This document shows positions 19,632-28,411 of a stretch of DNA of 64,000 nt, one piece after another (within the stretch, counting starts at the first letter, position 1; each line of letters begins with the position of its first letter). The notes beneath the pieces were generated by a model. It did no database searches. It was not told where the DNA came from and saw only the letters and a list, made by a program, of their open reading frames with translations. This DNA is from an uncultured Candidatus Saccharibacteria bacterium (GTDB taxonomy: Bacteria; Patescibacteriota; Minisyncoccia; Phycocordibacterales; JAKAEA01). Both the position numbers and the translations under genes were made by a program. The DNA is taken from contig CAZNZK010000005.1 in NCBI GenBank assembly GCA_964577595.1, positions 10,885-74,884 of the forward strand, written 5' to 3'.

Positions 19632-20462
19632 ATGAAAATTTCTCAAAAAGGTTTTATTGTTCCGTTACTAATATTGTTAGTCGTTGTGATTGCTATTATT
19701 ATAGGAGCTTTTTTGTTTTTACAGTCATCACTCCCATCAGCTTTTAGTAACAATTCTCCGGCAGCACCCCCACAGAATCTCCTCACGTTGTCATGTGGCG
19801 CTAGTAGCTTCGTGATTTCAGGCGAACCATTCAATAGTACGAATTATCCGTTTGCTCATGATTATAAAATAAAAGTATCTATTTTGTTAAATGGCAAGTT
19901 GGTTCAGAAAGACACCGTAGACAAGACGTGGTCTGTTATCTACCCACCAATCCTACAGTCGTATAAAGATAAGTACGCTTCCACAAGTGTATATTTTTTA
20001 CCTGAACCGAACTTGAGTAGTTGGCAATCATCAGTAAATTATTTAAGCATTTACGTTTCATCGAAAAATTTTTCTGAAACTGAATATCGGGGCTTTGTGG
20101 ATTGCGTAAAAAATAACCAGCAAACGATCGATAGTGCCCTTAGTAAGACCTATACCATTCAGGTGGGTACATCAGAATTTCCAGCTACTACTTTTTATCA
20201 AGGTATCCTTATGGTGGCATACGGTAATCCGTATTCTGATACTATCTTGAATTGTCCGGATGAGGCTGGATATGTTACTAGTATCAACCCAGTCGGTTTC
20301 GTGATTCAAACAGACCCCGGCAGTAGTGGTATGGTGGGAAACATTATACTAGACGGGGGAAGGGAGGTATGGCAAGCTGAGTTCCCCTTAAATAATGCTA
20401 AATTAAATTCCTGCACGCTTCCTGACGGCACAAATTTTTTACAAAAATATCCACCAGTCTAG
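19632..20462 (+). CDS. Hypothetical signal-anchored secreted protein
   Basis: N-terminal TM (LLILLVVVIAIIIGAFLFL); AT-rich gene. Confidence 0.5.
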   Translation: MKISQKGFIVPLLILLVVVIAIIIGAFLFLQSSLPSAFSNNSPAAPPQNLLTLSCGASSFVISGEPFNSTNYPFAHDYKIKVSILLNGKLVQKDTVDKTWSVIYPPILQSYKDKYASTSVYFLPEPNLSSWQSSVNYLSIYVSSKNFSETEYRGFVDCVKNNQQTIDSALSKTYTIQVGTSEFPATTFYQGILMVAYGNPYSDTILNCPDEAGYVTSINPVGFVIQTDPGSSGMVGNIILDGGREVWQAEFPLNNAKLNSCTLPDGTNFLQKYPPV

Positions 20463-20502
20463 AGAACGTTACTGCTTCACTTACAAATTAATTAGAAATC
20501 CC

Positions 20503-21222
20503 ATGAAAACTGCTTCAAAACTATTTTTGATTTTATACGCAATATTCGGCGTACTTTCTATTCCCGGCGCGATAGCAGTCAGCTTAATGATTGGTCTCTT
20601 TGGAGGATGGATTCCCTTGATAATTATGCTATTGGTAATTGAGGTGCCGACGTGGGGATTTTTTCTTATCGCTTTCTTGTTCTATAAAAAACAAAAGTAT
20701 GTTGGGTGTTTTGTATTCCTGGCTCTTCCTTGCCTGGCATTGCTTGTGTCTGGTATTTATTATTTTCATTCCGTGCCTTCTAATTTTCGATCTCGCTCCA
20801 CCGTTGCGAGCGGGTTCTTAGTGCCATCTCCGCAGTCAGTCCCAACAGGTTTTCAAGCAACAAATCCCAGTTACACTAATGGCGCATATATAGCACGGTA
20901 TACCGACCCGTCAGTTCAGCCGTATGACGCATATATTGAGTTTGACGAAATTAAAAATCTCCCCGCACGCTACAACTACACATACACCGTTGGCCGGTGG
21001 GCACAATCTAGTGCCGATCAAAAAGTAACCAACTTTACCTTTGACAACCATCCAGGAGAAGTGCGCGTATATAACACTACTATCGGTTCAGAGAATACGA
21101 CCACTTACAATTTAGTTTGGGATGATAGTGGTTCCTTATTAAAAGTAACCTTTTTTGGCGTTTCGGCAATACAATCCCCGCAAGATGTTGTGAATGTTCT
21201 AAACACAATGGTTCGGAGTTAA
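20503..21222 (+). CDS. Hypothetical membrane protein
   Basis: Several N-terminal TM helices; no recognisable domain. Confidence 0.45.
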   Translation: MKTASKLFLILYAIFGVLSIPGAIAVSLMIGLFGGWIPLIIMLLVIEVPTWGFFLIAFLFYKKQKYVGCFVFLALPCLALLVSGIYYFHSVPSNFRSRSTVASGFLVPSPQSVPTGFQATNPSYTNGAYIARYTDPSVQPYDAYIEFDEIKNLPARYNYTYTVGRWAQSSADQKVTNFTFDNHPGEVRVYNTTIGSENTTTYNLVWDDSGSLLKVTFFGVSAIQSPQDVVNVLNTMVRS

Positions 21223-21225
21223 CCG

Positions 21226-21263
21226 CGTTACTGCAACGCACCCAGTGCCGCGATGGTTTGTGG
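21226..21263 (-). pseudogene. Relic 3' end of a PG-binding/amidase-like gene
   Basis: The reverse complement encodes ...PQTIAALGALQ*. It is 33/38 nt identical to the real 3' end of the amidase gene at 24427-24464, and the differences fall at wobble positions. Only ~19 codons remain open. Confidence 0.55.
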
Positions 21264-21269
21264 TATAAT
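21261..21269 (+). promoter_or_regulatory. Extended -10 element (TGgTATAAT), 8 nt upstream of ATG (leaderless-type)
   Basis: TGGTATAAT, then 8 nt, then the ATG at 21278. Confidence 0.45.
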
Positions 21270-21277
21270 TTTAAGCA

Positions 21278-22579
21278 ATGAAAACATCTAAAAAGGGCTC
21301 AGTGGTTGTAGTTTTACTAACCTTAATTGTCGTCGTCTTGGTTGTTCTTGGCGGTGTCTATATTTATTATCAAAACCAACCAAATCAAAGCGGTGCAGTC
21401 AGTCCGTCGCAAACAGAAGTGGCTAACCAGACACCCGTAGCGTCGGACAATCAGACCATTAACTCAAGCCAGGGTACTATTTCAACACCAAACACTCCTC
21501 CAACAGTTGGCTGGAACGTATTCACTAGTTCCTTGTACGGTTTTCAGATAAGTTACCCAAATACATATGGTGCTTATAAATATCAATCTGATGACAATGG
21601 TGGTGGTAGCTATCTGCCTATAACTACAAATACGGATATTGCAAAACTTTCCGGAATATATCAAGGTGTTTTCATCACTCTCCCTCAGGCAATTGCGGCA
21701 GTAAACAAAGCGGCTGATCCCTATGCTCTTGTACCGGCGGCATATGTAACAATACAAATATCTGTGACTAAAACACCTGGAGTGGGATATGCTAGCCTGG
21801 AACAATACAAGAATTTTGAGATCAGCAGTGATGCTACAGCCCAACAAAAATGGGTTTATAGCGACACGACCATAAATGGCCAGCCCGCTTTCAAAGAAAT
21901 TTTTACAAGCTCCAAGGGGACGTATTACAGATTGTCCTTATTCAAGGGTAATGCTCTGTACCTTCTTGATGTAGATCCAAACTCTTATACTCAAGATTCT
22001 GCGACTATTGACGCTATCGCAAATTCCTTTAAGTTTACAAATTCTGCAACGGCTGTTTCTTCCGCTACTGGCGTGACACAACCCGTAGCTCCGACCACCA
22101 ACACCACTTCCACCGCGGGCTGGAAGACCTACACTGATTCGCAGTATGGATTTTCGTTTCAATATCCATCTGCTCTTCCATACTCACTCTTTGCGTCTCT
22201 TAATGGCACACCGACTGCTCTTACTGCTTCTTCAAAAAATAACATTGATAGCAATGGTTGTTATGTCCCCAGCATCTATGCTGGAACAGAAAGGGCTGGC
22301 ACAACAGATTCTAACATCACTCTCAATAAAATATCTTTTTGTGCCTCAAATTATGGCGATCCCGGCGCTGGTCAACTATATACCGCTTACTCATATACCA
22401 CATATCGGAATGGTAACTATGTTACCCTCCAATACGTTGTTCACACACCAAACGGTTGCGGCGCGTATCAAGGAACCGATAAATACCAAGCATGCACTAC
22501 TTTCTTCCAGAGCGGTTTTAATACTGGCGTATTACAACCGATTCAACAGAGTGTCGCAACACTGATGTTTACTCAATAA
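21278..22579 (+). CDS. Hypothetical signal-anchored secreted protein
   Basis: N-terminal TM; two W-x-TYT-x-QYGFSFQYP modules. Confidence 0.5.
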   Translation: MKTSKKGSVVVVLLTLIVVVLVVLGGVYIYYQNQPNQSGAVSPSQTEVANQTPVASDNQTINSSQGTISTPNTPPTVGWNVFTSSLYGFQISYPNTYGAYKYQSDDNGGGSYLPITTNTDIAKLSGIYQGVFITLPQAIAAVNKAADPYALVPAAYVTIQISVTKTPGVGYASLEQYKNFEISSDATAQQKWVYSDTTINGQPAFKEIFTSSKGTYYRLSLFKGNALYLLDVDPNSYTQDSATIDAIANSFKFTNSATAVSSATGVTQPVAPTTNTTSTAGWKTYTDSQYGFSFQYPSALPYSLFASLNGTPTALTASSKNNIDSNGCYVPSIYAGTERAGTTDSNITLNKISFCASNYGDPGAGQLYTAYSYTTYRNGNYVTLQYVVHTPNGCGAYQGTDKYQACTTFFQSGFNTGVLQPIQQSVATLMFTQ

Positions 22580-22626
22580 AAAATCAATCTATTCACATAA
22601 GTCTCGCTATCCGTTAATTACTGACT

Positions 22627-23967
22627 ATGAATCCCAACCAAAACTATTCTAGCCCAATATCACCAACGCCGATTAGTAAGGGGAAGGTTTTTCTCGGACT
22701 GGTTGTCTCCCTAATTCTTGCCTTCGTGGCAATTTTTATTCCGAACTTACTAGTGGTCGCCCAACCCCTCTTCGCCCTCTTTTTTGCGGGCATACCTTTC
22801 GGTGTGTTTCTATTCAGTGGTGTAATTTTTATAATCCTAAACTTCATTGCTCAGAAAATATTCAGGAATTCTCCTTCTCTAAAGAAAGGCATGAAATGGG
22901 GTTATCTATTCATAATTATTGTCGCGGTTTTCTCGCTGTCAACTGATATTACTGCCTTGCAAAACATGAGTGCTCTGCAAGGCAGTTATGCCGCGTCTTC
23001 CAGTGGGGATGTCAGTGGTTGTCTTAAAGTCAACGATCCTTATGACAAAGATATGACGATAGATACTTGTCTTCAGAATATTCACGATCAAAAACCGGGC
23101 GATTCAACGATTTGCGACAGTATGATTACGGATTCAGCAAATCCAACAGACTTGATGCGAACGCAAAGCTTCAAACCTCAGTGTTATGACGATGTTAATG
23201 CTTGGAATGCCGCTAATTCGGGTGATATTTCTTTGTGTAAAAAAATGTCGTTCACCACGGATATTGATTCGTGTTACCAGACTGTTGCAATCAGAACAAC
23301 AAACTATTCTTACTGTCAAAATCTCTCTTCGCCTGATCTGGTGCAAAATTGTTACAAGGTTTTTCTACTAGATCATAAAACACCTCAATTTATGCAGAGT
23401 GTGTGCCCGTTGATAACCAATCAAACCTACTACGGATTAGCGGGGTGTACGGCGACTGGTGTGACACTGCCCGTAGCTCCGACCACCAACACCACTTCCA
23501 CTGCTGCTTGGCAAACATATACGAGCACCCAATATGGATTTTCAATGAAGTATCCTCAGGGCTGGAGCGTCACTGGTTCGCAACCACTTTCCTATGTTAA
23601 TCCACTTACCTTGTCAAAAACATTTGGTACTGGTCCCCAAGGATACACTTGCAGTTCAGTGGTTAGTTTGATTTCAACGAGCGTGCTTGATCAAAATGCT
23701 TCCGGATGGGGAGCAAAGACTCCTTTTGTGAGCGCTACTAATCGCTTAGTTGCTGGCTGGACTAAAAGTAATGACTTCCCTGGTACATTTGACTATTTTC
23801 TGAAAAATACGAACAGTCAGTATTCGTATCAGGTTTTTGATTCTACTCAAACTTTTGGAAGTTATAGTCAAGATCCTAACGCTGAAATAACCCCCTCAAA
23901 AAACATCTACGTAAAAGAATGTACGGATATTTTCTCCCAAATGCTCTCAACGTTCACTTTCATTTAA
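22627..23967 (+). CDS. Hypothetical membrane protein with Cys-rich extracellular region
   Basis: Three or four TM helices, a Cys-rich region, and the same PVAPTTNTTSTA-W-TYT-QYGFS-YP module as the preceding gene (32-nt identical stretch). Confidence 0.5.
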   Translation: MNPNQNYSSPISPTPISKGKVFLGLVVSLILAFVAIFIPNLLVVAQPLFALFFAGIPFGVFLFSGVIFIILNFIAQKIFRNSPSLKKGMKWGYLFIIIVAVFSLSTDITALQNMSALQGSYAASSSGDVSGCLKVNDPYDKDMTIDTCLQNIHDQKPGDSTICDSMITDSANPTDLMRTQSFKPQCYDDVNAWNAANSGDISLCKKMSFTTDIDSCYQTVAIRTTNYSYCQNLSSPDLVQNCYKVFLLDHKTPQFMQSVCPLITNQTYYGLAGCTATGVTLPVAPTTNTTSTAAWQTYTSTQYGFSMKYPQGWSVTGSQPLSYVNPLTLSKTFGTGPQGYTCSSVVSLISTSVLDQNASGWGAKTPFVSATNRLVAGWTKSNDFPGTFDYFLKNTNSQYSYQVFDSTQTFGSYSQDPNAEITPSKNIYVKECTDIFSQMLSTFTFI

Positions 23968-23973
23968 TAAAAT

Positions 23974-24315
23974 ATGAATAATCCGATTGCTACTCCGGCA
24001 CAAAAAGTACTTCGCATTTGTCGTATTGTCTTATTCATACTTACACCATGGAATGTGTTGGTAGGGTTGTTGCTGTTTGTGGGTTCTGATTTATCCCACG
24101 ACCCACAATCAATTTCGCTGTCAATCCCGCTATTCTCCCTTCTCCTTCTGGTATTTAGTATTATTTTAATAAATAAAATAGGACGATGGTTGTGTTATCC
24201 TGCCGCGGAATTAAAACCGGAGCTGCTTACTCCCATATTCATAGTAACGATCTTGGTCGTGATAGCGGCAATTATACCTACGCTAGTTGTTTCTGGTGTG
24301 TTTGGTAGTTTCTAG
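23974..24315 (+). CDS. Small hypothetical membrane protein
   Basis: Three TM helices; 113 aa. Confidence 0.4.
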   Translation: MNNPIATPAQKVLRICRIVLFILTPWNVLVGLLLFVGSDLSHDPQSISLSIPLFSLLLLVFSIILINKIGRWLCYPAAELKPELLTPIFIVTILVVIAAIIPTLVVSGVFGSF

Positions 24316-24428
24316 TTCTGGTATCTGGGTGGTAAACTTGTGGGGTGAAAAAACAACGGAACTACATTTTATTTTGTGACTCACCACTATTTATTTAACG
24401 GCAGCACGTTAGTAAGCACGCAGTAACG

Positions 24429-25706
24429 TTACTGCAACGCACTCAGTGCCGCAATAGTCTGCGGGCCGGCGAAGCCATTTTCCCCGGTGATATTTTGCTC
24501 TGTCTGAAAGTTTTGAAGGGCAACACGGGTGCAGGTGCCAAAGATGCCGCTTCGTGGGCAGGTATTATTTGTTTTGTCGTTGGGTGGATAGGTGCCAGCA
24601 TAGGCCAGGGCAGTTTGGAGGGCGAAAATGTCTAAGGCTGAACCGTTGGTGGCAGTAACTGGCGCGTTCCAGGTGTGGGGCAGAACGAGGGTGTCATAAG
24701 GGGTGGCAAGCTTGGCGGAGCTCGCCGGGTCAAAAAAGTCTTGAAGGCCGAGATAGGTTTGAAAGGCAAGGTCATTGAGAGCAGTGCTTCGGAGGGCGGG
24801 ATTGGTAAACTGGGCTTCATAGATGTAGCCATACTCAATGAGCATGCTGGCGGCATCGGCGGTATCGTAGGAACCGAGAGCGATGAGCTCGGGGTCGTCA
24901 ACGATGCCGCTGGACTCGGCGGGTAGGTTACTAACGGGATTGTACTTTTTTAAGCGGTTGAAAATGGTAGCGGCAACAGCTTTTGTGGTGGCGCTATTTT
25001 CATATTGTTCGGCCGGCACATACATAGCAAAGCCGGAGTATTTCCCGACATTCATTCCTTGGCGGCCAGCGTAATCGTTGAAATGAATATGGAGAACAAT
25101 GTCAATGTCGTTTTCATTGGCCCACTTGGTCATGCCATACAGGCGGGTGGCGCTGGCAGGCGGGGTAGAGAGGTGATCGATAGTTACGACAGGCGCGGTA
25201 ATTGCCCCAATTGCCACAAGGTGTGAAAACGACGCATATGACGCGTTTTGCCAGGCTTGAATATCGCTCCAGTTGTTCTGGAAATAACTGGTGAGTTCGG
25301 GGCTCCAGGCGGTATTGTCACGGGCGATGAATACTTGGTAATGAGTATTTGAGGCTAATAATTTCTGGAGATCCTGGCCGAGCTCCACGGTCATGTTTCG
25401 CTCTTTAAGCGAGCCGAATTCCGCGCCGCCAGAATCGGGGTTGTGGCCGGGTACGATGAGAATACGGACTTTTTTAGCCTGATTAGTACTTGTGTCGACG
25501 TAGTCGTTTTTGATTTGAGCGATTGTTCTGGGGTTGTGGCTGAGGATGACAGCAGCTAATTGTTCACCGATGTTTTCTACTGCCGAGACAATTGCTTGGG
25601 TTGCCTGTGGGTGGTCGTAGGCAAGTTGCGCGGTGACAAAAAGGGCGAGGCATGCAAATAGGCCGAACACGTGCACCTTTCTGAAATGCTTTTTCGGAGG
25701 TTCCAT
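24429..25706 (-). CDS. N-acetylmuramoyl-L-alanine amidase (Amidase_3) with C-terminal peptidoglycan-binding domain
   Basis: Signal peptide; ILIVPGHNPDSGGAEF and VLHIHFNDYAG Amidase_3 motifs; C-terminal GENGFAGPQTIAALSALQ PG_binding_1-like. Confidence 0.7.
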   Translation of the reverse strand: MEPPKKHFRKVHVFGLFACLALFVTAQLAYDHPQATQAIVSAVENIGEQLAAVILSHNPRTIAQIKNDYVDTSTNQAKKVRILIVPGHNPDSGGAEFGSLKERNMTVELGQDLQKLLASNTHYQVFIARDNTAWSPELTSYFQNNWSDIQAWQNASYASFSHLVAIGAITAPVVTIDHLSTPPASATRLYGMTKWANENDIDIVLHIHFNDYAGRQGMNVGKYSGFAMYVPAEQYENSATTKAVAATIFNRLKKYNPVSNLPAESSGIVDDPELIALGSYDTADAASMLIEYGYIYEAQFTNPALRSTALNDLAFQTYLGLQDFFDPASSAKLATPYDTLVLPHTWNAPVTATNGSALDIFALQTALAYAGTYPPNDKTNNTCPRSGIFGTCTRVALQNFQTEQNITGENGFAGPQTIAALSALQ

Positions 25707-25733
25707 TTTCTGTAAGTATACAATATTCAGTAC

Positions 25734-28328
25734 TTACGCCGCAGTAAACCACCTTCCAAAAGAGTGCACGCGTTCATCGAGGCGGGCATCGGCGAGGGCG
25801 GATTCTATGTTTTGTACTTGGGTTGGATTTTCCGCGAGGTTGGAAAGCAGAGTGACAAGCCCGAGGCGCTTGAGTTCTAAAGTGAGGGAAGTGACGGTGG
25901 CGTCGTTGGGAACTAGGCCAATAAGCTGACTTTGTGCGGTAGTGAAAGTAATGTGTTTGCCGGCAATATCTAAGCCGACACATAATCCTCCGGCAATAAT
26001 TGGGCGGATTTTTTGGGTGATGGTTGTGTCGGCGAGATTGTCGGTGATCGTGCCATTCAGGCCGGAAATGGTGAAGGTGCCATTTTTATAATCGCGGGGT
26101 TCTATGATTGTGGCTGGCACTTTTTTACCCGCAACAGAAAAGGTAATTTCAACGGCTGGCTTCCCGGCGCGTTTTTTGAGGCGCGCGCTTATGATAGGTG
26201 CATTATTCATAAGCGTTTTTATGAGTGCTATGCCGTGGTAGGCGTAGGCGGATTGGTTGAATGTCATGCTGGTGATTTCCGACAGGATTTCTTTTAAGGG
26301 TTGAATCCATGGCAAATACGCAGTGTCTTCGGCGGCCACGACGTGCGCGAAATTTTTGAAATATTTTTTATTGCCGAGATATTTTTTGGGAAAAACGGGG
26401 GTGTCTAAAATGAGGCCGATGGTGCTTGTGTCAAATTTTTCCAGGAAAGCGAGAACGGGGGCGACTTGGGCTACTGGCACGCCGACGTATATCCAGGCGG
26501 CTTTTCGCACAAGGTATTTGGGCAAATTGGGGAGGGGCACGACATCATAGTGCTTGGGGCCAATATAAATGCGGCGGGCTCCTTCCGCGTAGACGCCGGT
26601 GATTTCAAATTTTCCGGTTGCTTCTATGGCAGGAAGGACGTCGGTTTGGGCACGCTTGCCGGCACCGATGACGATAATATTTTTGCGTCCCGTTGTTTTC
26701 GCACGCTGTTTGGGTGCGGGCAATTCTTTTACATCCATTTTCTTTTTCAGAGTATCGGCAAGGCGGACAGCGAGAGCGCACATGGCGTAGGTTGGGTTGG
26801 CACAGCCGCTGGTGGGGAAAACGGAACCGCCACAAATGTACAAGTTGCTAACGGTGTGAACGCGAAGGTTGGCATCAGCTACGGATGTTTTCGGATCCTT
26901 GCCCATGCGTGTGCCGCCGAGGTGATGGCTGGCGTCAAAGTTGATGGGCCAGGGCGCGCGTTCGGCCAAGTTACTCTCTAGGGTGCCAACACCGTTCTTC
27001 TCCATTTCCTCGGCGAAAATGCGGTGGAGCTCAATGAGTGATTTTCTATCAAGGGCGGAGGTGTTCACGTTGACGGCGGGCACGGGCAGGCCGTTTTCGT
27101 CGCGCTCATCGGAAAGGGTTAAACGGTTTTCCGGCAGGGGTTCCATTTCCATGAAATTGCGCAGTTCGCCGGCTTTGGCGCGGAAGCCTTTTTTGCCACG
27201 AAGGCGGTAGAGTGCGAAGGCGGCAATGGTTGGTAGGTTTATGACGATGGAAAAATATTGAGCGAGGCGGCTCTCCTTTGCGGGTTGGTGTTTAATAATG
27301 CCAAGCAAAGCTTTGACACCTTTATTGTTGGTCCAGGGAAAAATGGGTTCAAGGCGGAAGTAGCTATTGAGGAGGCCGAGCTCGCGCTGAGCGCTTTCAG
27401 AAAGACGAAAACCAGTGTAGCCAACCCAGCCGTTTTTTGCATTGCCGAAAGGGTAGGGGATATTGTGCGGTGAGCCGCGCTTTAGGCGAAATGTGCCGAC
27501 ATTGCCTTTGGGATGATTCATTAAATAGCGGCCAACTTGGTCGCGCTCATTGCCGAGGCCGCTTGGGTTGGTGTCGCGGGAAAGCAAAAGGAGGCGCGCG
27601 CTTTCCAGGCCGCCCGCCGCCATCACGAATATTTTCGCGGAAATGGTGCGCTCGGTGCCGTTTTGGGAGCGGATGCTGGCGCTGGTGACGCTGACTGCGC
27701 CGCTAGTGTCGCGTGTTGAATTCAATTTAAGAACAGTAGCATCAAGCCAGAGGTCAACATTTGGCCCGTAAAAAATCCACTGATGTTTTTTGACGAAATC
27801 CCAGGGCGGCACGCTGGCGATGAAGCGCTTGCCGTTGAGGCGACTGGTGTTCACCAGCATATTGTTGCTATCGTCGGTGGTTTCAAAAAGAGCTAGGGGC
27901 GGGAAACCGTAAGCTGTGGTGCGTTCGTAAAAAGGCGCGAGCTCGGCCGCGCTTACTGGCCAGCCAGCAGGGTTAGAAAGAAACGGGCGAAATTCCAGGT
28001 CAATAGCATCCATGGGCGCACTGCCGCCGCCCCACATGAGCGTGGCGCCGCCGAGCACGCGTTCGCGCGAAGAGGGCTTGGTAGCTATTTCGCCGAGGTT
28101 TTGGACTTTGCGCAAGGCATTGCCGTAAGGGCTGGTTTTTAAGCTGCCACTTTCCAAAACGCAGATGCGTTTGCCCGCCATTTTCGTATCGGCCGCTAAT
28201 TCGGTGGCAAGAGTGATGCTCACCGGCCCAGCGCCAATAATGCAGATGTCGTAAGTTGTGTCGGAGGCTTGGTTTGCGGCGTCCTTCGGGATGTGGTGCT
28301 CTGCGTCGTCGGAATATTTTACCGCCAT
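25734..28328 (-). CDS. Fusion protein: GMC-family FAD oxidoreductase (N) + Gfo/Idh/MocA-like NAD-binding domain (C)
   Basis: DICIIGAGPVSITLATELAA FAD dinucleotide motif and HHLGGTRMG...NLYICGGSVFPTSGCANPT GMC C-terminal signature. A ~330-aa extension follows, starting NIIVIGAGKRAQTDVLPAIEA (Rossmann). ATG at 28328; GTG alternative at 28346. Confidence 0.6.
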   Translation of the reverse strand: MAVKYSDDAEHHIPKDAANQASDTTYDICIIGAGPVSITLATELAADTKMAGKRICVLESGSLKTSPYGNALRKVQNLGEIATKPSSRERVLGGATLMWGGGSAPMDAIDLEFRPFLSNPAGWPVSAAELAPFYERTTAYGFPPLALFETTDDSNNMLVNTSRLNGKRFIASVPPWDFVKKHQWIFYGPNVDLWLDATVLKLNSTRDTSGAVSVTSASIRSQNGTERTISAKIFVMAAGGLESARLLLLSRDTNPSGLGNERDQVGRYLMNHPKGNVGTFRLKRGSPHNIPYPFGNAKNGWVGYTGFRLSESAQRELGLLNSYFRLEPIFPWTNNKGVKALLGIIKHQPAKESRLAQYFSIVINLPTIAAFALYRLRGKKGFRAKAGELRNFMEMEPLPENRLTLSDERDENGLPVPAVNVNTSALDRKSLIELHRIFAEEMEKNGVGTLESNLAERAPWPINFDASHHLGGTRMGKDPKTSVADANLRVHTVSNLYICGGSVFPTSGCANPTYAMCALAVRLADTLKKKMDVKELPAPKQRAKTTGRKNIIVIGAGKRAQTDVLPAIEATGKFEITGVYAEGARRIYIGPKHYDVVPLPNLPKYLVRKAAWIYVGVPVAQVAPVLAFLEKFDTSTIGLILDTPVFPKKYLGNKKYFKNFAHVVAAEDTAYLPWIQPLKEILSEITSMTFNQSAYAYHGIALIKTLMNNAPIISARLKKRAGKPAVEITFSVAGKKVPATIIEPRDYKNGTFTISGLNGTITDNLADTTITQKIRPIIAGGLCVGLDIAGKHITFTTAQSQLIGLVPNDATVTSLTLELKRLGLVTLLSNLAENPTQVQNIESALADARLDERVHSFGRWFTAA

Positions 28329-28411
28329 ATTGGGCGATTGTAGCACGGAAATTTTTCTGATACTATCAATCTAATTGTGATTTGCGGTCGCTCTATTGCG
28401 TACTATTTTTC

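Noticed and set aside
20463-20480. Possible third copy of the amidase-3'-end repeat (aacgttactgc)
   Set aside because: Only ~11 nt match and the reverse translation bears no relation to the PG-binding terminus, so this is probably chance.
19632-21400. Type IV prepilin-like N-termini (KGFIVPLLILLVVV, KKGSVVVVLLTLIVVV)
   Set aside because: The canonical G|F(T/I)LxE cleavage motif with Glu at +5 is absent. These are more likely plain signal anchors.
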